In this document: positions 51,423 to 58,863 of the stretch, one piece after another
Layout: each line of letters begins with the position of its first letter
Position numbering within the stretch: position 1 is the stretch's first letter
Assembly (NCBI GenBank): GCA_018670085.1
Contig: JABHRS010000037.1
Coordinates: 28,500 to 92,499 of the forward strand
Source of the DNA: an archaeon
GTDB lineage: Archaea; Nanobdellota; Nanobdellia; Woesearchaeales; GW2011-AR9
DNA length: 64,000 nucleotides
Direction of reading: 5' to 3'
Program-made: the position numbers and the translations under genes
Notes under the pieces: generated by a model
Seen by the model: only the letters and a program-made list of their open reading frames with translations
The model's database searches: none
What the model was told of the DNA's origin: nothing

Positions 51423-51599
51423 ATGATAGTTGTAAGAACTCAAATAAAGGATCTATTGAAAGAAAGTGGCACTGACGTACAAAATATCTCAAGTGATTTT
51501 TGTGAAAAACTTGATGCAAAGGTACGTGAATTAGTTACAGAAGCTTGCAAACGCGCAGCAGCTAATAGCAGACGCACAGCAATGGCAAGAGACATTTAA
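51423..51599 (+). CDS. short histone-fold protein (DUF1931/face-to-face type)
   Basis: NISSDF..LD..V..L...ACKRAAANSRRTAMARDI. Confidence 0.85.
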   Translation: MIVVRTQIKDLLKESGTDVQNISSDFCEKLDAKVRELVTEACKRAAANSRRTAMARDI

Positions 51600-51632
51600 T
51601 TAATTAAAATAAAAAAATCAATAAAATTAAAA

Positions 51633-52025
51633 ATGGATTCATGTATTTTTTGCAAAATTGTTGTAGGTGAGATACCTAGTTACAAAGTTTTTGAAGATGA
51701 GAATTTTTTAGCCTTCTTAGATATTACACCAAAAAAAGAAGGTCATACATTGGTGATTCCCAAGAAACATTATAGATGGGTTTGGGATGTAAAAGAAAAT
51801 TATTCAGTAACTACAAATAAAGTTGCTAATGCTCTTAAGAAAGCATTTGACACCGATTGGGTTGTGTCTTTTGTGATGGGCGAAGAAGTTCATCATGCTC
51901 ATATCCATTTAGTCCCAAGGCAACGTGATGACGGGCACGGATCATTAATTAATGTAGATTCTAAAGTTGAAATAAATAAAGAAGAAATGCTTGAAATCGC
52001 TCAAAAAATTCGTGATTCTTTTTGA
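51633..52025 (+). CDS. HIT-family hydrolase
   Basis: CIFCKI, GHTLVIPKKH, HAHIH. Confidence 0.95.
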   Translation: MDSCIFCKIVVGEIPSYKVFEDENFLAFLDITPKKEGHTLVIPKKHYRWVWDVKENYSVTTNKVANALKKAFDTDWVVSFVMGEEVHHAHIHLVPRQRDDGHGSLINVDSKVEINKEEMLEIAQKIRDSF

Positions 52026-52106
52026 TTATCTAAATCAAGATACTACAGATTATAACCAGTAACTTTTTAAATAGGATTAATGGTCTATTGAATTACAGTG
52101 CATTTT

Positions 52107-52266
52107 GGCGAAGTGGCTTAACCTGGTTATAGCGCCACATGGAAAGAGAAATTCTCTTCTCAGGGCGAGGCTCATAAGAGATGAGCGATGAGACCCTCGG
52201 GTCAATGATTAACATCTCAGCTTCTGGGTTACGTGGAAGTCGGGAGTTCAAATCTCCCCTTCGCCA
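52107..52266 (+). tRNA. tRNA-Met(CAT), elongator type, with two introns (52139-52169 at 30/31; 52177-52230 at 37/38)
   Basis: Acceptor GGCGAAG/CTTCGCC-A; T arm GGGAG-TTCAAAT-CTCCC; spliced anticodon arm CCACG-CTCATAA-CGTGG; BHB motif for each intron. Ile2 identity not excluded. Confidence 0.88.
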
Positions 52267-52286
52267 CTATGCACTATTTTACTTGG

Positions 52287-52305
52287 GCCACTACCCACTG
52301 GTCAT
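52287..52305 (+). repeat. left inverted repeat GCCACTACCCACTGGTCAT
   Basis: 18/19 match to the reverse complement of 53078-53096. Confidence 0.85.
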
Positions 52306-52346
52306 CTTCTACTAACCTTTATTAATTTTCATACCAAATTAACAAT

Positions 52347-52961
52347 ATGAAAATCACTAAAAATTTCGCAATTCTCTATGGAATCCTACTAGGAGATGGT
52401 TGTTTATCAAATACTTCCAAAGCAAGATATATTTGTATTACTTGTGACAGATATTCTGATAAAGAGTTGTTCAAAAAATTAACACCTATTATTGAAAAAA
52501 TAAGAGGTAAAAAAATTAAAATAAAAGATAGAGGAACACATGGAACAATTGAGATTAAATTCTCAGATAAAAAGATGTTTGAAACATTTAAAAAAATTGG
52601 TTTTCCAGTTGGGAAAAAAGGAGTAAATCTTTTCATCCCGAAAATTTTTAAAAATCATTTGAAGGAAGTTATTCAAGGTCATTTTGCAACGGATGGGTGT
52701 GTTGTAATCACAAACAATAATGGAATTAGATATCCAAGAATTGAATTTTCAAGTATCTCTAAAGGTCTTTTAGAACAAATAAACAAATATCTCATAAACA
52801 GTAATATTAGAAGTAAAATATATCTTTCAAAGAGATACACTAATGGATGGAATAATTTGTACAGAATTCAGATAAATGGAAAGAAACAACTATGTATTTT
52901 TGAAGAGAAAATAGGATTTTTCAACCCAAAACACAAAAAAATAGCAGATTCATTCAAATAA
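52347..52961 (+). CDS. free-standing LAGLIDADG homing endonuclease
   Basis: Two motifs, LYGILLGDG and VIQGHFATDG; typical C-terminus YRIQING..IGFFNPKH; no intein splicing blocks. Confidence 0.92.
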   Translation: MKITKNFAILYGILLGDGCLSNTSKARYICITCDRYSDKELFKKLTPIIEKIRGKKIKIKDRGTHGTIEIKFSDKKMFETFKKIGFPVGKKGVNLFIPKIFKNHLKEVIQGHFATDGCVVITNNNGIRYPRIEFSSISKGLLEQINKYLINSNIRSKIYLSKRYTNGWNNLYRIQINGKKQLCIFEEKIGFFNPKHKKIADSFK

Positions 52962-52971
52962 ATGCCTCCCC

Positions 52972-53094
52972 TTATGAACCAATTATTTCAAAAAATCTAG
53001 GTACCTGAGTTCTAACTTTAACAACTACATGCCAAGTATCATTTGGTTTACGTACTGTTCCTCCTTTATCCCTATGTATGACCAGTGAGTAGTG
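52972..53094 (-). pseudogene. probable C-terminal remnant of a second LAGLIDADG gene
   Basis: Minus frame reads ..DTWHVVVKVRTQVPRFFEIIGS*, aligning by eye with NLYRIQINGKKQLCIFEEKIGF. Confidence 0.4.
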
Positions 53095-53109
53095 GCTCCC
53101 CTTCGCCAC
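53078..53109 (+). repeat. right inverted repeat plus duplicated tRNA-Met 3' end
   Basis: ATGACCAGTGAGTAGTGGC abutting CTCCCCTTCGCCAC. Confidence 0.85.
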
Positions 53110-53221
53110 CATTTTCTTTTAGTAGTAAGTTATAACTCTAAAGAAGTTGCTGATTTTATTTGGACAAGGAGAGAATGGCAGATGAGAAATATTCAAAAAT
53201 ATTAATAATAAAAATTAAAAA

Positions 53222-53659
53222 TCAAAGCATAAATGTAAGTCCACTGTATATTCTAGTCATTTTACTAGCACGTAAAAGATTACAATAATCATTATGTTCA
53301 GTAAAAACCTCTTCTATTGGTCTTGAAAGGAAACCATTTTTCATTTTAACTTCTTGTCCATCAGCAAAATTGAAACTTAATCTGTTTGGCTGATCTCCTT
53401 CAAACACTTGCGAACCTAAATAATAAACTCCAGAACCACCAATTCTAAGTTGATTACATTTCCTCCCTGTAGTCTCCATCCCACGTCGGATTGCTGAACT
53501 TTCATACATGAATACCATCTTATCATCAACCTTTACTTCGAGTAGATCTTCTCTTACTAATCCACTATAAAATGGAAGACTTTCTACAGTTCCGATCGCA
53601 CCGGAATCTTCCCATTTTTTCCAAAACCTAGGATTATTTTTTTTACTTTGATTTACCAT
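53222..53659 (-). CDS. hypothetical protein
   Basis: 145-aa ORF. Confidence 0.6.
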   Translation of the reverse strand: MVNQSKKNNPRFWKKWEDSGAIGTVESLPFYSGLVREDLLEVKVDDKMVFMYESSAIRRGMETTGRKCNQLRIGGSGVYYLGSQVFEGDQPNRLSFNFADGQEVKMKNGFLSRPIEEVFTEHNDYCNLLRASKMTRIYSGLTFML

Positions 53660-53934
53660 TTTTATCTAGTCCATATCAGAAAACTCTAATTGGTTATCTG
53701 AAATTTTTTATTTTATCAAACTGATTTAAGAAAATTAATTTACTTCTTATTTATTAAAACAGTCAACTTCAACTGTCTAAAAAACAACACACTATATAAA
53801 GTTGCTCCTTAATTATAGTGACACTCAATGAATGCATGTGTCAAATAATCTTGAATTTTTTAAAACTCACCCAAAACCACCAAGCTCTCCACACAACAAC
53901 AATCATTAAATATTAAACACAAATTATCAATTCT

Positions 53935-54567
53935 ATGGTTATGTATCCCAATTATGTACTAGGAGAAACAACTCTCTCATTGCTTCAAATGCACATAGCA
54001 CTTTATGAGCAAGGCAAAGATCAATTTAAATCAGAACAACCCATGATCCTCGCAGCTGTTGAAGCAACTATGCCAAGAGTAGAATTAGAGTTAGGGTTAT
54101 TTTATGGAAAAGTGGATCCAATAAATTCTGCAATTAATCAAGAAAGAGAGATCCCCCCATATTCACCTGGAGAAGCAATCGTTTTAGTACTGAAAAAACC
54201 AAATCAGAGTTTACATGCAGTTCAGTTAAAATTTTGTGGATCAAATGAGAGAGTGAATTGGAAAGAGTGGAGAATTGAAGGAATAGCTGAAGGAGAATTC
54301 ACTGAATCTCATTTTGCACCATATGGCTCCGCTAAAATTGAAGATATAACAAACTCCAATGCTAAATTTTACAGTAATTCTCCAAAAGAGGTTGGCAGAC
54401 GCGAAACTTCCATAACAGATCATCCAATAGAGATGATTATTCAAGAGGTACAAGAATTAGAGAGATCAGCGAGGTACAGATATGTTCATCAGTTAGAATT
54501 TCCAAAAAACTTGAGCCCTTCGGAAAAATCAGTACTCGCAAGCTTAAATAAAGCACAATATTTATAA
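53935..54567 (+). CDS. hypothetical protein
   Basis: 210-aa ORF with upstream TATA-like element. Confidence 0.65.
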   Translation: MVMYPNYVLGETTLSLLQMHIALYEQGKDQFKSEQPMILAAVEATMPRVELELGLFYGKVDPINSAINQEREIPPYSPGEAIVLVLKKPNQSLHAVQLKFCGSNERVNWKEWRIEGIAEGEFTESHFAPYGSAKIEDITNSNAKFYSNSPKEVGRRETSITDHPIEMIIQEVQELERSARYRYVHQLEFPKNLSPSEKSVLASLNKAQYL

Positions 54568-54590
54568 AACAATTCTAGAACTTCAATAAT

Positions 54591-54604
54591 ACGCCAACGT
54601 GGCA
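54591..54604 (+). repeat. duplicated 5' end of tRNA-Ser
   Basis: ACGCCAACGTGGCA, identical to 54658-54671. Confidence 0.85.
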
Positions 54605-54659
54605 TACTTAGAAAAATCTAATTTTTCTGGTCGCCACTTAAGTGTTCATAAAAATTCAC

Positions 54660-54742
54660 GCCAACGTGGCACAATCTGGTACTGCGCAAGACTGGAAATC
54701 TTGTTTCCTCTGGATATCCCGGTTCAAATCCGGGCGTTGGCG
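54660..54742 (+). tRNA. tRNA-Ser(GGA)
   Basis: GCCAACG/CGTTGGC-G acceptor, CAAGA-CTGGAAA-TCTTG anticodon arm, long variable arm, CCCGG-TTCAAAT-CCGGG. Confidence 0.96.
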
Positions 54743-55040
54743 CTTTTTCTTTTACCTAGCGCCGCACCTTAGAAATAGGGCATATTTGAGTATTGGACTT
54801 GTACTAACTTAAAAGATCCTATTCTAGGCTCTTTCAACAAGTGTAAGTCCTAATGGCCAAAGTAATCACTTATGGAATTCTATAAGCAGTTTCTTTGTTT
54901 TTGGAGTAAATAAGCCTCTGAACTATATAATATTTTCTTGGTAACATGGCCATTAGTGGTCCAGGAGGAATAAATACTCTTTTTCCCCATATTAGATCTG
55001 AACAATTCATCTGGTTCAAAATAATTTAGGGGGAAATACA

Positions 55041-55286
55041 ATGGAAGCATTGGATATGAAAGTATTACAAGAAGATAGAAGTGAACATATTGAGTACTGC
55101 CTTAGACAAATTGGATCTTTAGTTAATTCTGGATTTGTAATGTCGGCAGAACCGTATGTAGATCACTTGTGTGGTAAAGAACTTGGATTGTATGCTAGTG
55201 AATTTGAAACGTTGTGTTTCAATTTTGCCATTGAGCACAGTTTACGCACTGGTGAGATCAGCCCATATCTTTGGGGTGCACAATGA
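55041..55286 (+). CDS. hypothetical protein
   Basis: First gene of a coupled operon; AGGGGG SD. Confidence 0.7.
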   Translation: MEALDMKVLQEDRSEHIEYCLRQIGSLVNSGFVMSAEPYVDHLCGKELGLYASEFETLCFNFAIEHSLRTGEISPYLWGAQ

Positions 55287-55429
55287 AGTGTCTTGTCTGT
55301 AAAGGGGATGCCAATCAAGAACTTTGCGACACCTGTGCACAAATTCTGCTTGACAAATATCCTAACGAATCCATTTGGGATATCATCAAGCGTTACGAAG
55401 AATATTGCTATGGAGGTGAAGAAGAATGA
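55283..55429 (+). CDS. 48-aa zinc-finger-like protein (not in ORF track)
   Basis: MKCLVCKGDANQELCDTCAQ..; ATGA overlaps at both ends; GGGGTG SD. Confidence 0.75.
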   Translation: MKCLVCKGDANQELCDTCAQILLDKYPNESIWDIIKRYEEYCYGGEEE

Positions 55430-55689
55430 TAGTAGGAGATTGGAAAGCAATACTTGCTACACTGTGGGTTGCATTGTGTCTTGTCTTTATTGTGTATATG
55501 ATAGAAGCGGCAAGTTATGATGTGGCTCTTGGTTTTATCGTAGGAGTAGCAGTTGTGTCAGTTTTCTTTTTGATACAACCAAACAAGTGCCGTGTTACTC
55601 AAGAAGAAGCTCCAGAAATTCTAGAAGAAGGAGATGACAGTTTACTAACACGGGTGTTTACACCTGGTTTTGTGGAGGTGAGACAATGA
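55426..55689 (+). CDS. small two-TM membrane protein
   Basis: GGAGGTG SD; ATGA coupling. Confidence 0.75.
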   Translation: MIVGDWKAILATLWVALCLVFIVYMIEAASYDVALGFIVGVAVVSVFFLIQPNKCRVTQEEAPEILEEGDDSLLTRVFTPGFVEVRQ

Positions 55690-56012
55690 AACAAATATTT
55701 TCAGTCTTATTTTTGTTATTGCTGATTGCACCAATGGCATTTGCAGAAATAGACTTTGACGGAGAAGAACTCAGTACAGAAGAAGAAGCATTGCTTGATG
55801 AGATCATGGATCCAATATTCACAATTTACAATGCTCTGAAATATGTGGCAACTGTAATTGGTGTAATGGTTCTTGTCTTTGCAGGAGTTAGTTTAATGAC
55901 AGCTTCAGAACCTGCAAAAAAAGATCGAGCAAAGAATATGCTAATGGGAGTAGTTATTGGATTAACTATTATCTGGACAGCACCATTAATTGTGGAGTTA
56001 GTGTTCACATGA
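55686..56012 (+). CDS. TrbC/VirB2-like pilin
   Basis: Signal peptide, TM-AG..LMTA.EPAKKDRAK-TM pattern. Confidence 0.85.
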   Translation: MKQIFSVLFLLLLIAPMAFAEIDFDGEELSTEEEALLDEIMDPIFTIYNALKYVATVIGVMVLVFAGVSLMTASEPAKKDRAKNMLMGVVIGLTIIWTAPLIVELVFT

Positions 56013-58045
56013 AACTAGCTCCATATTTTTTTCTTTTTGTATTATTAGTTAGCTCTGCGCTAGCTTTTGATTGCTCTTATGCTTCTGATAGCGAAGTTTG
56101 TGAAGAAGTGTTAGACTCTGATTTGGGTCGCTCTGAAATAGAAGAAGCTTTGTCTTCTCTTTTTTATGAAAAAACCAGTAATCCAGATCATGATTTTGTT
56201 TCAGAGTATAATAAGGCAATTGAAGTAAATTCTGCACCAAACGATGTTGAAATAATTGATTCTTCTTACATTTACGATGCATGGGTTTCTTTAGACACAC
56301 TGTCCCCTTCTGTTTATGAAACAGATGAGTTGTTAGTTCCGCCAGAAGTTGAAGCTATTTTTCACTCTGATTATTCTGTATCAATTCCTGGGTCTTACAC
56401 TGCAAGTAAATATCCTTACACCAATAGTGGCTACTGTAAACGCAGGTATTCATTGGCCTCTGAAGATGTAAAAGAATGGTTTTCAGTAAATGATGAATTA
56501 TTTGAAACCAATGAACTAACTGTAGGTAGCTCAAGTATAATATCTTATCATCAAAAAATTACTGTTAAGGTTAATGAAGCACAGTATAAATGGAAAGAAG
56601 TATGGAATAGTCATTATCACATGTATCAATGGAAGTGTGAATACTATAGAACTCTTACTCACACAGACGTTGTAGATTTAGAAGATAGTAAAGACGTAAG
56701 TAGGCGCACGCTAGATCCAAGTTATGCTATTCTTTGGTCATCACGTTATCGTGGCACTTCAACAGGCGAATTTTATGCGCACAACTACGCGCAAATAGAA
56801 TTGTCTTTTGGAAATTCCAGTTACACAGAGCAAGCGTTTGTGTACTATGTTGTGTTTGAAAAAGAACCGTACGATTTTGCAGTGTTAGTTGCCAAAGAAG
56901 TGGACAACACAGCAATTCAAGGAATGTATGTTGATGAAAACCTGTTTTATGTTGCTAACACTGCCTTGTGTCAAATAGTTGGTTACAACCATTTCTTCTC
57001 AATCACAGAAGATTGTGAAGTAGATGAAGATATTGAAGAATTAAGTGCTTCTTTTTCAACAGAGGAATCAAACTTTGATCTTACACTGTTGTATTATTTC
57101 ATTTTATTGGGTTTAGTATGCTATCTTCTTTTCAAGTTACTTGGTTCGCAGCTACGTAAAATTCTTCCATACTTTATTTTGCCGTTGTTATTGATTCCGA
57201 ATGTTTTGGCTGCGGATGAAGACTGTGGTCTTACCAATTTATCAAGTTGTATTCCTGAAGCGATGTATGATTTTATTTTAAGTATAATTAACTTGACATT
57301 ATCTCCAAGTTTAGAAATCATTCAAAATTTACTTACAAGTGATATTGACATTTCTCTCTTTTATCACGCATGGTCTGTAATACGCTATATGATTTCATTC
57401 TTCTATGTATTCTTTTTTGTCTACGCGGGCTGTGTGCTTTTGATGGGAAGTGCCAGTCCAATTCAGAGAGCGCACGCCAAAGATATGCTCAAGAACACGT
57501 TCATAATGATACTTCTGATTCACGGATCGTATTATCTTTATGATTTGTTTATTACACTTTCCAGTACAATGAGTGGGGCTATTTTAGAAATGATTGACCC
57601 TACATTCTTTATGCTGACAGCTGACAATATAATTAATATCGGGCTAGAGTTCATGTTTACTTGGTTCTATAGTTTGACATTAACATTCACAATATTATTT
57701 TTGACCTTTCGTTATATTGTTGTTGTTACAGGAGTGATTGTATTACCTATTGCACTTTTTTGTTTCTTTATTCCTCCTTTGAAAGCCTATGGTAAGTTTA
57801 TGCTTTCTGTAATTGGATTAATGCTCTTCATAACATTCATTGACTTGCTAATTATCTTAGCCTGTGCATCATTGGTAGAAATTACTCTGTTTGAAAGTAT
57901 GAAAATTTTAGTAATGATTGTTTGTTTTCTTTTCATCAATTACACACTATGGCTGTGCACTAAGTTTGCCTTTGCCATGAGTGTGAATGGTTCAATCAAA
58001 GATGATGTTAAGCAAGCTGCGAAGTATGTGGCATTGTTAGTGTAG
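56009..58045 (+). CDS. secreted domain fused to VirB6/TrbL-like polytopic membrane domain
   Basis: Signal peptide, ~340-aa extracellular domain, then multiple TM with R.I.V..GVI.LPIALF pattern. Confidence 0.7.
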   Translation: MKLAPYFFLFVLLVSSALAFDCSYASDSEVCEEVLDSDLGRSEIEEALSSLFYEKTSNPDHDFVSEYNKAIEVNSAPNDVEIIDSSYIYDAWVSLDTLSPSVYETDELLVPPEVEAIFHSDYSVSIPGSYTASKYPYTNSGYCKRRYSLASEDVKEWFSVNDELFETNELTVGSSSIISYHQKITVKVNEAQYKWKEVWNSHYHMYQWKCEYYRTLTHTDVVDLEDSKDVSRRTLDPSYAILWSSRYRGTSTGEFYAHNYAQIELSFGNSSYTEQAFVYYVVFEKEPYDFAVLVAKEVDNTAIQGMYVDENLFYVANTALCQIVGYNHFFSITEDCEVDEDIEELSASFSTEESNFDLTLLYYFILLGLVCYLLFKLLGSQLRKILPYFILPLLLIPNVLAADEDCGLTNLSSCIPEAMYDFILSIINLTLSPSLEIIQNLLTSDIDISLFYHAWSVIRYMISFFYVFFFVYAGCVLLMGSASPIQRAHAKDMLKNTFIMILLIHGSYYLYDLFITLSSTMSGAILEMIDPTFFMLTADNIINIGLEFMFTWFYSLTLTFTILFLTFRYIVVVTGVIVLPIALFCFFIPPLKAYGKFMLSVIGLMLFITFIDLLIILACASLVEITLFESMKILVMIVCFLFINYTLWLCTKFAFAMSVNGSIKDDVKQAAKYVALLV

Positions 58046-58103
58046 GTTAGCTAGGTGCATACTAGTTAGTCTTTAGAAGTGGTGAGGAAGGTAACGCTTC
58101 CTT

Positions 58104-58427
58104 TTATTTTCTTGGTTTACCTGAATTCACATGAAAATGTAAGTGTTTAGAATCTTGATAGTTTCCTAAATTCGTAAGAACTCTGCATTGTCCGTGTTCC
58201 TCTGTCACTTCTTTAGATACTCTTTGTAACACATCCATAATTTCTATGATTAATGATCTATCAGTCAATGTGAGTAAAGAATTAATATGCTTCTTTGGTA
58301 CAACAACAATATGTACTGGCCAAAATGGCTTCGTGTGATAATAAGCAAGCACATTTTCAGTTTCTAGTACCTTCTTAACAGGAGTCTTCCCACTGAAAAC
58401 TTCATCACAATAAAAGTCGTCTGTCAT
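58104..58427 (-). CDS. HIT-family protein
   Basis: DFYC, HIVVVPKKH, HLHFH. Confidence 0.92.
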   Translation of the reverse strand: MTDDFYCDEVFSGKTPVKKVLETENVLAYYHTKPFWPVHIVVVPKKHINSLLTLTDRSLIIEIMDVLQRVSKEVTEEHGQCRVLTNLGNYQDSKHLHFHVNSGKPRK

Positions 58428-58430
58428 CTT

Positions 58431-58826
58431 CTACCTTTTTGAAATAACTAGTTCTTTAAATTTAGTTGTTTCATCAACCTTCCTTTCAAACCTTAAATCC
58501 CCAATTTCTCCAATGATAATTTCTGCGGTTGTGTAAATTATACATCCTTCTTTGAGATGTCCACCAAAGGTGTTACCATCTTTATCAGAGATAGAAAGAT
58601 GAAGATGTACTCCATCTGGTGAAAGAGTTCCCACAAGACTTACAATCTCAAACTTCTCTACAAATTCCTTTTTAATGTTTTCATCAGCTAATCGAAGTGT
58701 TGCTTTTGATAAAGAACCAACACAAGTAAGTATAACTCCTGCTTGAATTTTATTCTCATTGCAAAATTTGATTACTCTTTTTTTAAGATCTTGACCAGGA
58801 TGCAGCCGTATAGCATATGTTCTCAT
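58431..58826 (-). CDS. PPC/DUF296 domain protein
   Basis: RLHPGQDL, VGSL, FEIVSLVG, HLH, GGHL, TAEIII. Confidence 0.92.
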   Translation of the reverse strand: MRTYAIRLHPGQDLKKRVIKFCNENKIQAGVILTCVGSLSKATLRLADENIKKEFVEKFEIVSLVGTLSPDGVHLHLSISDKDGNTFGGHLKEGCIIYTTAEIIIGEIGDLRFERKVDETTKFKELVISKR

Positions 58827-58863
58827 GGTACCTCAATGTTTACTTCAATTATAAATTCTTCTC

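Larger units (their letters stand above)
52268..53109. mobile_element. tRNA-associated LAGLIDADG cassette
   Basis: 14-bp direct repeat CTCCCCTTCGCCAC (52254-52267, 53096-53109); 19-bp inverted repeat (52287-52305, 53078-53096). Confidence 0.65.

Noticed and set aside
52347..52961. LAGLIDADG as part of an intein or group I intron
   Set aside because: No Cys/Ser start or His-Asn end, no host extein, and no group I core recognisable by eye.
54591..54671. 67-bp spacer as a D-arm intron of tRNA-Ser
   Set aside because: No BHB motif giving correct junctions was found, and the downstream copy is already a complete tRNA.
55293..55520. 75-aa ORF from the track
   Set aside because: The overlapping frames 55283-55429 and 55426-55689 have SD motifs and ATGA coupling and explain the region better.
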